This document shows positions 26,160 through 37,465 of a stretch of DNA of 64,000 nucleotides, piece by piece. Both the position numbers and the translations under genes were made by a program. This DNA comes from a virus (taxonomy: Duplodnaviria > Caudoviricetes), in IMG/VR virus record IMGVR_UViG_2882828558_000007, positions 1-64,000 of that record; one strand, given 5' to 3'. How positions within the stretch are numbered: position 1 is the first letter of the stretch; each line of letters opens with the position of its first letter. The notes below the pieces were generated by a model. It did no database searches. It worked only from the letters and a program-made list of their open reading frames with translations, and was not told the DNA's origin.

Positions 26160-27232
26160 GCTGTCCAATACCTCGCAGAAATAGTGCCGCCGGCCTGGAA
26201 TGTGTCTGTTCCGTTTGCAAAGGTTAGGCGCACGCCGGTGAGAACGTCGGATAATTCTTTCTCGGAGACAGTCAGAGTCGTCTTCTGTGCGCCGGAGTCT
26301 GTGCGGCCAGCCCATAGAGTGATGACCCACTTATTGCCGGCATGCTTTCGGAAGGTTGCCCCAACAGTGTAGACTGAAGAAGACGTATTGCTGCCGGTGA
26401 TATTGATGTTTGATGTCAAGGATGCGGTCGCCGCGGATGTGGCAGTCATATCAGAAACACCACCAATGGCACCCGTGGTTTCTGGACCACCTGAATCTAC
26501 AAGCTGAAAAACCGGGTTTGATCCTGTGCTTGACCGCAGACCACTGATACTTATGTCGATAAGCTTCGTGGTTGATGGAAATGATAGGTCCTGCGCCGTC
26601 CCGGATAAGGACGCCGCCGCAATTTCCCGCAACCCCAGACCGGCAAGGTCTACATCCCTGTCCGGCATGATGATGTCGCGCTTCTGTCCAGCCGTGATTG
26701 CAGCCAGATTAAAACCTAGCCGCTTTGTCGGCGCGGCCGACGGCGCCAGCACGGCATCCTGGATCGAGCCGGTCATCACGCCGCCAGATTTATCCAGCTT
26801 TCCGGCAAGCGCACTCGCATCTGCCTTCAGCGCCAAAGCGGCAGTCGTGGCGGCCGCGTCGGCTTTCGTCCCGATCAGCGCAGCCATGGTGGCCGCGAAG
26901 TTCGGATCGTCACCAATGGCCGCAGCGAGCTCGTTGAGCGTGTCCAACGCACCGGGGGCGCTATCCACCAGCGCGTTGAACGCCGCTTTCACGAAGGCAG
27001 TCGTGGCAAGCTGTCCGCTGTCCGTGCCAGGCGCTGCTGTCGGGGCAGTCGGCGTTCCCGTAAAGGCAGGAGACGCCAGACCAGCCTTCGACACAATAGC
27101 CGCCAGAGCATTCGCAACGTCCACGTCAATGGCCCGCAGGGCGGCAATCAACCGCCCTACGTCGACCTCAAGCGTGTTCCCGACCGCGGGCTCTGGATAG
27201 CCGCGGTTCGGGGTCGTGTTCTCAGTCACCAT
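26156..27232 (-). CDS. Tail fibre protein
   Basis: SPAFTGTPTAPT...QLATTAFV, APGALDTLNELAAAIGDDPNF repeats typical of P2/T4-like fibres. Confidence 0.85.
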   Translation of the reverse strand: MVTENTTPNRGYPEPAVGNTLEVDVGRLIAALRAIDVDVANALAAIVSKAGLASPAFTGTPTAPTAAPGTDSGQLATTAFVKAAFNALVDSAPGALDTLNELAAAIGDDPNFAATMAALIGTKADAAATTAALALKADASALAGKLDKSGGVMTGSIQDAVLAPSAAPTKRLGFNLAAITAGQKRDIIMPDRDVDLAGLGLREIAAASLSGTAQDLSFPSTTKLIDISISGLRSSTGSNPVFQLVDSGGPETTGAIGGVSDMTATSAATASLTSNINITGSNTSSSVYTVGATFRKHAGNKWVITLWAGRTDSGAQKTTLTVSEKELSDVLTGVRLTFANGTDTFQAGGTISARYWTA

Positions 27233-27250
27233 CTTGTGGATTCCCAAACG

Positions 27251-30200
27251 TTATGAAGTGAAGGCCCGCAGGTCAGCGACCGAAGGCCGCGCCGCTGGCG
27301 TACCCGTGAGGGTCAGCCGCAGTCGCCCGCCAGTCGGAGCCGCAACGCTTGCCTCGCGGTAAGAGCGCTCAATGAAGCCCATATCGATCGGCGATGCGGA
27401 TATCTGGGAAACAGCCGACCAGTCGTCGTCAGTCGCATCCACCTCAACCGTCAGGGCCGAACCAACAGGCAGCTTCGTTGACGCGATAACATCAAGCTGC
27501 ATGTCCGCACCGAACGTGAACGCCCGGCTGACATACACACCGTTGGCCTGCATCGTGCCGAGGACAGCCAGGATGTCTCGCCCAACAACCGGAGTGACCA
27601 GCGGCCCACCCGTCAAGATGGCCCGGATCGTCAGATTGCCAGTGAAGAAGGAAGTTCGCTCCCAGACCTGATCGGGCAGGACCCTAACAGGCGTTTCCGA
27701 TCCGAAGACCAGCTCGAAGACAACAGAAGTCGCTTCGGTGGGCAGGAAGACGTTGCTGCGGATAATGACATCCGACACGTCCGTCACGGCATATGTGCCA
27801 AGGTCGACAGTGCGCGACGTCGGATTGAACCTCGCGCAATTGATCTTGAACGTGATGTCCGAATCCTGGTGGACCGTCCAACTGACGGCGTTGCTCGAAC
27901 TGAAACGCGTGCCAACCGTATAGGGCTGGGCCGCGATCCACTGCTGGTTAACAGCATCGAAAGCGCCGCGATCGGCAATGCTGATGCTGTGGTCCGGGTC
28001 GTTGGTCTTGACGACGAACGCAAACATCTGGTCGGGGGGCAGGTAGAACGGAACCGGAAACGCGAAGTTCGTCCACGTTCCGGTCAGCACCGACTGCATA
28101 TCGACTTCCGTCTGGGCGATGACCTCCGTCGTCGGAAAGCCATTGTCGACCGTGACGAACTCCAGGATTACAGGCTCGGCCCGGTTGCCAATGGCGCAGA
28201 ACTTAATGTCCACGCTGCTGACGTGGCGGCCCTGCGTGAAGCTGAAGCTCTGCGCCTGCGGGTCAATCCCGCGCCAGGCGCTGTTGGTGTTGTTACTGCT
28301 TACGCCGCGACCTGAGTTGCCGCCGGTCTGGAACCGCAGCACCGTCGTGTTGCGCTGGAGCTCGATCGTCTCAAGGCGCCCCTCACCTGTGAAGCTTGCC
28401 GTGCAGACCGTTCCAGAGCCGCCGACAGCGCGAACCAGCTTCGTGCCAGAAGTCACGCCGGCCGGTATCGTGAACGACCCCGTAATGACGCCGCTTCCAT
28501 TGGCCACGAGTCCGCCCGGATTGACGTTCACGCCGTCGAACGTCAGTTCGGCGAGCGTTTCACCAGGGCCGAATTGGCTGATCGTGAAGTTGACCGCAAT
28601 CTGGCGCAGAAACCGGATAGGCTGCGTTCGCACGTTCTGCAGGACTTCCGTCCGCGTCACTCGCTCCGTGTTGCCTGAGCCGAAGATCTGCGTCTGCTCG
28701 GAAAGCCAAACAGTCTGCCGCTGCGTCCAGAAGTCTTCCGACGGCACAATCCGAAGGATTGCCGGCAGCGGTGCAAACGACTGGTAGGGGTTGATCTTCA
28801 CGCAGCCGGAGACGAGCTCCTGACTGACAACCGTTTCTTCGCTGTACGACAGGAACAATGATGATCCCGCGTCGATTTCCTGAAACGCCGCAGAGATCGG
28901 TATCTGGAACGAGCCGTTAAAGACAGCGCCGTTCTGCGTCACGCCAGCGTCACGGAAATCATCGTTCAGCAACGGGTCGCTGAAAATGCCTGTAGTCTCT
29001 GCCGGCGCGCGCGCATTGATGTCGATCTGCTGTTTTTGAAGCGATACCTGATTAAACAGGTCCAACACGTTGTTATACATGCGATCGATGGCTGAGAACG
29101 GGTACGCCCGGATTGAGTCATTGACCACCACCGGAGTGCCAAACCAGTCATTGTAGATCGTCGCCAGCGACAGGAGGGTCTTTGGCACCTGCGGCGGCTG
29201 CGGCTGTGTCGGAGCCGATAGACCCTTGAGGTAGACGACATTGCCGTCCGCATCCAGGCAAATCCTGTCCGTTCGCGGCAGCTTGTTCGTATAACCAAGG
29301 AATACCGGCTGACCCGTGACACCGCCGGCCACCGAGATCGTCGTTGCCGTGATTGCAGTCGGCGTGACCGCATCGAGGTAGCGGTAGGTCACATTGTAGG
29401 AGGAGGATGTTGCCGGCTCAATGCCGCCGACCAGCCAGTCTACGGAGTCGCCACTGCGCTGATAGTCAACGCCCTGCGTGTACGTCGTTCCGCCCTGCAC
29501 GACCGAGATGATCGAGGTGACGCCGTCGTCGGGCAGTAGGTCAGCGCCGTCGGTCACGCCCTTGGTGAGCGTTACAGTGCGCTGCTTGGTGACGATGGCC
29601 GATGTGACCGAAGACACCGGAGGGCGGCGCACGGTGATTACAGCCGTGCCGCTGCCTCCGTCATCGAAATTGTGCGGTTCGGCATCGATCGTGCCGGTAT
29701 CGGGCTCTTCCGTCTCGGCAAAGCGCGATGCCGTCGGACGGTTGCGCTTGAAGCCCATGATGTTGGCGCGGCCCTCGGAAATCGCGAAGATCTGCTTGCC
29801 GGCCTCCAGGCCAAGCGGCGAGACCGTGCACCCGCGCACCACATAGTTCTCATGGGCGTCGTAGTCGTATGTCGCGATCTGCTGCTGAATCCCGGACAGG
29901 GTCGGCGGGGCGTCCTGCGAAACGATCACGCCGTCGCGAAGCAGAAGGTACGGATAGAACTGCCCTGCTCCGCCGTCGCCTTCAATGGCCCAGGCGAAAC
30001 TGACGACAGTGCGCACCGCGCCGGGCTCTCCGTAACTCTCCTCTGCTTCCGGCACGAGACCGAGATAGATATCGTCGTCCTCTGCCGTCACGATGGTCGT
30101 GGTCGAGCGAACGCCGATTTTCACGTCACCAGTCATCGGGACGTCGACGAGCGTGCCCTCCGGCACCTTGCGGCGTGAACCGTCGATGTAGAGTTCGCCG

Positions 30201-30457
30201 GCCGTGATGGTGACTGTTTCGTCTTCGACGTTGACGAGAACGTCAGCACCGTCGATGCGGTCTCCGTCTCGGGCGATCAGGTCGCCGATGCCTTTGCGCT
30301 TCCGCTCCTCGATCGAGAAGGCTTCGTTCAGATCCGCGCCCTGCGACAGGTCGCCCTCGCCCAGGTAGACGCGATCGTTGTTCGGACGTTCGGAAATTCG
30401 GTCGCGAATCCTCGCAAGATCCGGCCTTTCGACCGGATCAAATACTAGAGTTGTCAT
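27251..30457 (-). CDS. Large virion/baseplate-associated protein (DUF4815-like, 1068 aa)
   Basis: Start at MTTLVFD; QGADLNE, DPQAQSF motifs; position between gpI and fibre. Confidence 0.75.
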   Translation of the reverse strand: MTTLVFDPVERPDLARIRDRISERPNNDRVYLGEGDLSQGADLNEAFSIEERKRKGIGDLIARDGDRIDGADVLVNVEDETVTITAGELYIDGSRRKVPEGTLVDVPMTGDVKIGVRSTTTIVTAEDDDIYLGLVPEAEESYGEPGAVRTVVSFAWAIEGDGGAGQFYPYLLLRDGVIVSQDAPPTLSGIQQQIATYDYDAHENYVVRGCTVSPLGLEAGKQIFAISEGRANIMGFKRNRPTASRFAETEEPDTGTIDAEPHNFDDGGSGTAVITVRRPPVSSVTSAIVTKQRTVTLTKGVTDGADLLPDDGVTSIISVVQGGTTYTQGVDYQRSGDSVDWLVGGIEPATSSSYNVTYRYLDAVTPTAITATTISVAGGVTGQPVFLGYTNKLPRTDRICLDADGNVVYLKGLSAPTQPQPPQVPKTLLSLATIYNDWFGTPVVVNDSIRAYPFSAIDRMYNNVLDLFNQVSLQKQQIDINARAPAETTGIFSDPLLNDDFRDAGVTQNGAVFNGSFQIPISAAFQEIDAGSSLFLSYSEETVVSQELVSGCVKINPYQSFAPLPAILRIVPSEDFWTQRQTVWLSEQTQIFGSGNTERVTRTEVLQNVRTQPIRFLRQIAVNFTISQFGPGETLAELTFDGVNVNPGGLVANGSGVITGSFTIPAGVTSGTKLVRAVGGSGTVCTASFTGEGRLETIELQRNTTVLRFQTGGNSGRGVSSNNTNSAWRGIDPQAQSFSFTQGRHVSSVDIKFCAIGNRAEPVILEFVTVDNGFPTTEVIAQTEVDMQSVLTGTWTNFAFPVPFYLPPDQMFAFVVKTNDPDHSISIADRGAFDAVNQQWIAAQPYTVGTRFSSSNAVSWTVHQDSDITFKINCARFNPTSRTVDLGTYAVTDVSDVIIRSNVFLPTEATSVVFELVFGSETPVRVLPDQVWERTSFFTGNLTIRAILTGGPLVTPVVGRDILAVLGTMQANGVYVSRAFTFGADMQLDVIASTKLPVGSALTVEVDATDDDWSAVSQISASPIDMGFIERSYREASVAAPTGGRLRLTLTGTPAARPSVADLRAFTS

Positions 30458-30464
30458 AATGACC

Positions 30465-31544
30465 TCAGATGGTGAGATTGATGACAATGCGCTCGCGCAC
30501 TGTTTCCAAGAACGTGAAGGAAATCGGCGACTCCCCCACGCGAACCTCGCCATCGGGAAAGTCGATCTGCTCTGGATCGAGCCATGTCTTGAAGGGCGCT
30601 ACGCCCTGGGCAACGCCACCGAACACGACGGCTGCGAAGGCAACCTCGCCGGACGCCACGCCGAAAGCGATCGTCGCGTCATAAGCGAGAACGACCGTGT
30701 CTTCGGTGTCGCCGTAGTCGGTGATGTCCTGAACTGCGCGCACGACGCGGGCGTACCCGATAGGGTCGCCGTCGGCGTCATAGAGCCCGATATGGGCGCT
30801 CTTCTGCAGCATCAGCCAAGACTTCAGGACGCGCGCGTCAGAAACGCCGCCCCATGTCAGTCCGGGTGCTGCCCACGTAAGTGATCCGAGCCAGGTGACA
30901 TCGTCGCCGTCAGCGAAATCAACGCCCAGTTCGGCTGCCACCCCGGCCTCGGCCGTGGCATCAAGTTCATGCGTCCGCCCGTGCGACCACTTTACTTTGC
31001 CGTCTGCAATGCGGACTCCGGAGCTGTCACCCCATATGGACCGCCCCCAGCGTGACCGCCCGTAGACATGGCCACGCACGTCGTATCCGAAGTAGCCGCG
31101 CCAGAAGAACGAGCGCGCCGGATCGGACAAGCCGGCAAGGTATTCGGCATTGGTCAGCCGCTGGATTTCATCGACGCCTGGTAGTTCGCCCATCTGGATC
31201 TGGTAGAGATGCCAGCGCCTGCGGCCGCGAACCTGATCCTGAATGTCGATGCCGTCATAGTCGATCCATGACAGTGACGTCGTGATCGCCTGCGGGGTTC
31301 CGCGGAGACGCTGCCACACCCTGCCCTCATCGATCAGGTCCTCGACCGTGTCGAAGAAGTCAGAAATCGGGCCGAGGCCGTATTCATTCACCAGCCACGG
31401 CGCGACCGTGATGTTGAGCGGCCGGGCGTATTTCAGGCCATGGATCGCGTCGATCGAAGGACCGAGCTCGCTCGCGATGTCGGTTGCCTCTTCCAGAGCC
31501 AACTCAAAAGCGGTGCTGTTGGATGGCAGAAGAGAAACAACCAT
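30465..31544 (-). CDS. Tail protein I (P2 gpI-like, extended)
   Basis: SLLPSNSTAFELAL...PWLVNEYGL...RLRGTPQAI. Confidence 0.8.
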   Translation of the reverse strand: MVVSLLPSNSTAFELALEEATDIASELGPSIDAIHGLKYARPLNITVAPWLVNEYGLGPISDFFDTVEDLIDEGRVWQRLRGTPQAITTSLSWIDYDGIDIQDQVRGRRRWHLYQIQMGELPGVDEIQRLTNAEYLAGLSDPARSFFWRGYFGYDVRGHVYGRSRWGRSIWGDSSGVRIADGKVKWSHGRTHELDATAEAGVAAELGVDFADGDDVTWLGSLTWAAPGLTWGGVSDARVLKSWLMLQKSAHIGLYDADGDPIGYARVVRAVQDITDYGDTEDTVVLAYDATIAFGVASGEVAFAAVVFGGVAQGVAPFKTWLDPEQIDFPDGEVRVGESPISFTFLETVRERIVINLTI

Positions 31545-32431
31545 TACCGAAGCCTCCCCATGTAGGACAGGTTTACCGTCCCGAACGCCGCCGCGCTGAA
31601 CTTGTCCATGACAACGTCCGCTACCGGGGCAGTCAGCGTCACCTTCGCCGCTCCCGCAGCCATGAGGCGCGAGATGATCCACGACGTGTTGACGTCGAAG
31701 CCGATACCGCCCTCACTGTCGAGTGCGTCACGGAGCGTCTGCTCGAGGCCATCGAAGACCGACATGGGTGCCTCCGGCAGAAGCCAGATGCTCGCCGTCA
31801 CATTGACGATGGTCTTGACCGCCGGCACCACGGAAAGCACGTCATTGACGGAGCGCACGGCTGGCGCACTCAGGGCCGCCAACACAGAGTCCAGCAACGG
31901 TGCGCCGGGCGTTCCGCCATTGCTCGTCGTCAGGATGGCGACTTCGATCTCAGGGCCCGTGCCAGGCCGATAGACCGCCACGTCTCGGACATCAACGTCC
32001 ACCGACCGCGCATGAAACTTGTACCACTCCTCCGGCCCGGCCGTTGACCTGCCTTGGTCGGCAAGCACGATGCGCTCGCGAAGCGCCTTATCGGATTCGC
32101 CCGGAAGCCGGGTGACGCCGTGGTCCGCTGCAAGGTTGTCCAGGTCGGCGCCAGTGGCGTACGCAAGCAAGTTCGATCGGGACGCATCGTTGACGCGCGC
32201 CCGCTCCAGCATCTCGCGGTAGGCGTTCTCCTGAATGATGATCATTGCCGGGTCGGTTTCGAGCATTTCGACGTCGTAGTCCGGAAGGCCCGCGTCAGGA
32301 TTGGCGAGGCGAACCGCCTCCCACAGATCCTGAAACGTCTGCTTCTGGCGGGCGACAATCGCCTCGTAATCCAGTTCCTCGATGACCTGCGGAGTAGGCA
32401 ACGTCGATAGGTCGACCATGTCGCCCTCCAT
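31544..32431 (-). CDS. Baseplate J protein (start may be 32419)
   Basis: DLSTLPTPQVIEELDYE...YATGADLDNLAA...STAGPEEWY. Confidence 0.9.
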   Translation of the reverse strand: MEGDMVDLSTLPTPQVIEELDYEAIVARQKQTFQDLWEAVRLANPDAGLPDYDVEMLETDPAMIIIQENAYREMLERARVNDASRSNLLAYATGADLDNLAADHGVTRLPGESDKALRERIVLADQGRSTAGPEEWYKFHARSVDVDVRDVAVYRPGTGPEIEVAILTTSNGGTPGAPLLDSVLAALSAPAVRSVNDVLSVVPAVKTIVNVTASIWLLPEAPMSVFDGLEQTLRDALDSEGGIGFDVNTSWIISRLMAAGAAKVTLTAPVADVVMDKFSAAAFGTVNLSYMGRLR

Positions 32432-32435
32432 AGTG

Positions 32436-32810
32436 CTAAATCGTTAGTGCGACGCGCGCGACCTTATCCTCAGCGACGCTGTAGTCGCCCAAATGCCCGC
32501 GCGGGAAATAGGTGCCGGAGATCACAAGGCCGATCTTGCCGTCAGCGCTCACAGACCGCACGGCGCCCGTCCGCATTCGGAACCGAGGCTCCCATGCGTC
32601 GATTGCCGCAGCTGCGGCCGAATAGACGGCCAGGATGTTCTTCCGGATAGTCTTGCTGTCGACTAGGTCAGGCAGATCCGAACCGAAGGTACGGCGCATG
32701 ACGCGCGAACCGATGGCCGTCTGGATGATCTTGCCGATCGACTGGTCGGTGTGCTCCCAGTCAGTGAGCGGCCTTCCGGTTACGGCGCTTATTCCTGCCG
32801 AGTCTCGCAT
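32436..32810 (-). CDS. Baseplate W / gp25-like protein
   Basis: GISAVTGRPL...IGSRVMRRTFGS...WEPRF. Confidence 0.85.
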   Translation of the reverse strand: MRDSAGISAVTGRPLTDWEHTDQSIGKIIQTAIGSRVMRRTFGSDLPDLVDSKTIRKNILAVYSAAAAAIDAWEPRFRMRTGAVRSVSADGKIGLVISGTYFPRGHLGDYSVAEDKVARVALTI

Positions 32811-32970
32811 GTGGCTCTTCCTTGGTATCGGCCGGAACATACGACGCCACAACACTGCCTCGCGGCGGGGTCAGTTCGGCAGCCTGCTCATCGCTAAGCG
32901 AGAACGGCACGCCGGCCGTGCGCCAGCGACCTGCGACCTCACAGTCGCGCTTTGTCGTGTAGAGTTTCAT
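32761..32970 (-). CDS. Small hypothetical baseplate-region protein
   Basis: 69 aa between V and W; GGAGG RBS. Confidence 0.55.
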   Translation of the reverse strand: MKLYTTKRDCEVAGRWRTAGVPFSLSDEQAAELTPPRGSVVASYVPADTKEEPHARLGRNKRRNRKAAH

Positions 32971-32978
32971 GTGGCCTC

Positions 32979-33515
32979 CTAGACTGCGTAGACGCGGCTG
33001 GCCGAACCCACGGCAACGTCACCGTCGCTGTCGACGTCGCCCTTGCGGTGGAGCAGCTGACCGCCCTCGCCGCCAAGGTGAACTTCTCCATCCAAGACGA
33101 TCTTGGCCGCGGTGATTGTAACGGCCTCCCCGCTCGCCCCGATCACCGTGTCGCCAATCTTGATATGGAAGGGCACGTCGGCGTTCTCGCGAGCGTTCTC
33201 TTCGCTGTATGTCGAAAGGTCGATCGTCGCGTCCGCCAGGTCGCCGCTTTCTGAGTGAACGTCTACCTGCTCGTCTACCGACAGGATAACGTCGATTTTG
33301 ACGCCTCCAGCCCCGAGCGTTCTGGGCCGTATCCAGGGCGTCAGGTACGGCTTTCCGCCCTGCTCGCCTAGCTTTACGCGATACTTTCCCGCGTTCTCGC
33401 CAGTCCCGACCTCAGCAACCCTGCCGGTTCTCTTGCGGTTTCGTCCACGGCGCTCGGCATCAGCGAGGCGGCCATAGATATCCGCGATCTGATCGGGAAG
33501 GTTGTCCGGAATCAT
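32979..33515 (-). CDS. Baseplate assembly protein V (spike)
   Basis: RTGRVAEV...YRVKL...TPWI...SVDEQVDV. Confidence 0.8.
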   Translation of the reverse strand: MIPDNLPDQIADIYGRLADAERRGRNRKRTGRVAEVGTGENAGKYRVKLGEQGGKPYLTPWIRPRTLGAGGVKIDVILSVDEQVDVHSESGDLADATIDLSTYSEENARENADVPFHIKIGDTVIGASGEAVTITAAKIVLDGEVHLGGEGGQLLHRKGDVDSDGDVAVGSASRVYAV

Positions 33516-33539
33516 GGTGCGCTTCCTGTACGGCTACCC

Positions 33540-34891
<1,352 letters not shown>

Positions 34892-34916
34892 TGTTAACTC
34901 CTCATCTAGCGGCAAC

Positions 34917-34944
34917 AAAAAGCCCGCCAGAAGAACTAGCGGGC
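34917..34944 (-). terminator. Terminator between the accessory helicase and the mini-ATPase
   Basis: GCCCGCTAG/CTGGCGGGC stem plus TTTTT. Confidence 0.6.
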
Positions 34945-34970
34945 CTTGTCTTGGCGCCGGTGATTTTGGG

Positions 34971-36995
34971 TTAGGCCGCCTTGGTGCTGGCCGTGTTGTC
35001 GTTGGCCGAGGGCCATGCCTCTGGCGGGATGACGATGTCGGGGCGGTTGTCTCGGACCCATTCGAGGGCTTCGCGGATGGGGATAAGCTTTCCGTGGGTC
35101 GGGACACCCTGGCGACGCAACGTCTTCACGATTTTTATATTTCTACCGATCCGCCGAGCAAAACTGCTAGCGTTGTCCACCCCCAGCGTGCAGCGCTTCG
35201 CGCTATTGAATAAGATCAGTTGCTCAAAATCGACGTTACGAGACACCCACTCTCTGCCGGCAGCAACAGGAACGAGCAATCCATCGTGGGGCAGACCGCG
35301 CTTTACCCATGACGAGGCTGTTGTCTCTGCGACATCAAATAAGCGAGCAAAAGAGGCAATAGTGACGGCAGAGTTGTTGTCCTTAAGTGGCAACGTATCA
35401 TGTCTCTCATAGGCGCTTACGTTGTCCTCTACCCACTTGATCGCGTCCGGCCACTTTACCAGATCCCCGACCGTGGGTAGGCCACGGGCTATCCATGCCG
35501 AAACTTTACGCCGAGGTACGTTTAGGCGTTTTGCGGCAATGTCCAATCGAATGACCGAATTGTTTCGTGCATCATTTCTGCGCTGTCGATCCTTGAGGTG
35601 ACCAAGATCAACGTTGGCCTCTACCCATGTGTTCGCATCGTCGATGGGAACCACGGCAGCGCGCAAAGGCATCCCCATCCCCACCCACTTCTGTAAGGTC
35701 GGATGAGACACTCCCCAACGCCTAGCAAATGCCTTCCGTGTCTCACACCCCTCCGGCACCTCGCCCCGGATCTCCCGTAAGGCGCCATCAAATTCGCCGA
35801 TCTCCCTGCCCATGGGAAACTCAAACCCGCAAGCGCAGACAGGCTCTCGCTCGGCGCGGACCTCCTTGCACTCTGGGCACTTCCGTGGACCGCGCTCTAG
35901 CGCCTTACGCCGCTCCTTAGCCGCGCCACCGTCTAGGCTCCATGCCCAATTGTCAGCGAACCAGCCGTGTTCGTGGTAGAGACCCGCGTGGTCGAATATC
36001 ATTGCACAGTCTTTGCCCTCGGCGATTCGCAGCACGCGACCAATCATCTGAAGCAGCAGCCGAACAGACCGCGTCGGACGCATCAAGATGACGGCATCAA
36101 TAGCCGGGATGTCGAAGCCTTCCGTAAAGACCTCCACGTTGCTCAACACGCAGATCTCTCCAGAAGCCAAGTCGGCCACAGCGGCGTCGCGCTCGTCATC
36201 GGGCGTGTTCGCATCGACATGTGCCGCCGCAATGCCCTCCTCGCGAAACTTCTCCACCAGCGCCCTGCTCGCGTCTACAGATACAGCAAAGACCAGCGCC
36301 CGCTTGCCCGGAATGCTCTTCTTGTATTCCGACACAGCGTCACCGATCAGAACGGGCGTGTTCATGACCTTCTCGATATCGTCCTTGCGATAGTCGCCCG
36401 CCTGCATGCGTGCGGCAGACAGGTCCGGCTCGGAAGGCGCGAAATAGCGGAACCCTGAAAGCCACCCCTCGTCGACCAGTTCTTTAATGGAGGGACCGAC
36501 GATCATCTCGTCGAACAATTCCCTCAGCCCTGCCCCATCTTGCCGCTCCGGTGTAGCGGTCAGTCCAACATGCTTCGCAGCCTGCGTCTTGTCGCGGATG
36601 TCGCGCCATGAAGCGGCCGGAGTGTGATGGCATTCATCCCAGATGACTAGCGAGGGAGCAGGCAACTTTCCGATCCGCCGGCAAATTGAGCCGACAGACG
36701 CGATTTGCACGCGCTTCTCAGGCTGAAACTCGTACCTCTTGCCGGTTTCTGTATCTTTCGCTGGCGAAATAACCCCGAAATCAATGCCAGCCTCACGAAA
36801 TGCCTTGGCGGTCTGCCTGATAATTTCTTTGCGATGGCACAGAAACCACACGACGCCCTCGTGTCCGGCGACGATCTCCATGGCGGTTTTCGTCTTTCCG
36901 GCGCCAGTCGGCATTTGCAGAACCGCGCTGCCGCTCCGCTCAAGAGCAGCGAGCGTTTTCTCGACGGATTTCGCCTGATATTTTCTCAATGTCAT
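34971..36995 (-). CDS. SF2 DEAD/DEAH helicase with Zn ribbon and four C-terminal Nu1-like HTH repeats
   Basis: PTGAGKT, DECHH, TATP, QMIGRVLR, CPEC...CACG; four FARR..V...W...G(M/L)P...W repeats; start moved to MTLRKYQ. Confidence 0.85.
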   Translation of the reverse strand: MTLRKYQAKSVEKTLAALERSGSAVLQMPTGAGKTKTAMEIVAGHEGVVWFLCHRKEIIRQTAKAFREAGIDFGVISPAKDTETGKRYEFQPEKRVQIASVGSICRRIGKLPAPSLVIWDECHHTPAASWRDIRDKTQAAKHVGLTATPERQDGAGLRELFDEMIVGPSIKELVDEGWLSGFRYFAPSEPDLSAARMQAGDYRKDDIEKVMNTPVLIGDAVSEYKKSIPGKRALVFAVSVDASRALVEKFREEGIAAAHVDANTPDDERDAAVADLASGEICVLSNVEVFTEGFDIPAIDAVILMRPTRSVRLLLQMIGRVLRIAEGKDCAMIFDHAGLYHEHGWFADNWAWSLDGGAAKERRKALERGPRKCPECKEVRAEREPVCACGFEFPMGREIGEFDGALREIRGEVPEGCETRKAFARRWGVSHPTLQKWVGMGMPLRAAVVPIDDANTWVEANVDLGHLKDRQRRNDARNNSVIRLDIAAKRLNVPRRKVSAWIARGLPTVGDLVKWPDAIKWVEDNVSAYERHDTLPLKDNNSAVTIASFARLFDVAETTASSWVKRGLPHDGLLVPVAAGREWVSRNVDFEQLILFNSAKRCTLGVDNASSFARRIGRNIKIVKTLRRQGVPTHGKLIPIREALEWVRDNRPDIVIPPEAWPSANDNTASTKAA

Positions 36996-37032
36996 TGTGT
37001 CTCCTCTGGCGCGGTAGTGGTTTGGTGTGCCA

Positions 37033-37062
37033 AAGGTAGTCAATATTTACAAATTTGTCAAG
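37033..37062 (-). promoter_or_regulatory. Sigma70 promoter with ACAAATTTGT operator (copy 2)
   Basis: TTGACA-17-TACCTT; palindrome at 37049-37058. Confidence 0.75.
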
Positions 37063-37447
37063 CCTCATTCAGATTCAGGACCAGCCTTGTATGGCTCCGG
37101 TCGTCGACGTCAGCCACCTCAAACCAGGGCTCGCCCCATCGTGACAGGGCCTTCACCTTGTCGCCCTGCTTAGGTTGCGGCCCAGTGTAGGTCGTTCGAT
37201 CGATATGCAACTGCGCCTTATCGGCAACGATCCGAGAGCGCCAACCAGAATCCCGGCTGCCCGCTACACTGGTCGTCTTCCCCTCGCCGACCCGCAGGAC
37301 CGCCTCAATCTCGACCGCCGGCCGCGTCGGATCGACGACGCCACTCTTTAAGAACGACAAGCGTACCGGCTCCGCGAACTTATCGTCCACGGCAGCCAGC
37401 ACTTTGTCGCGCAGTTCGTGAAAACGGGCAGAAACTGGCATAATCAA
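37058..37447 (-). CDS. Head-tail joining/closure protein (putative)
   Basis: Position after the capsid gene; PKQGDKV...WFEV pattern. Confidence 0.6.
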   Translation of the reverse strand: MIMPVSARFHELRDKVLAAVDDKFAEPVRLSFLKSGVVDPTRPAVEIEAVLRVGEGKTTSVAGSRDSGWRSRIVADKAQLHIDRTTYTGPQPKQGDKVKALSRWGEPWFEVADVDDRSHTRLVLNLNEA

Positions 37448-37465
37448 CTCCTGCCCGTCTTCTAG

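Noticed and set aside
24801-30457. Diversity-generating retroelement or invertible tail-fibre switch
   Set aside because: No reverse transcriptase, template/variable repeat pair, serine invertase or flanking inverted repeats seen.
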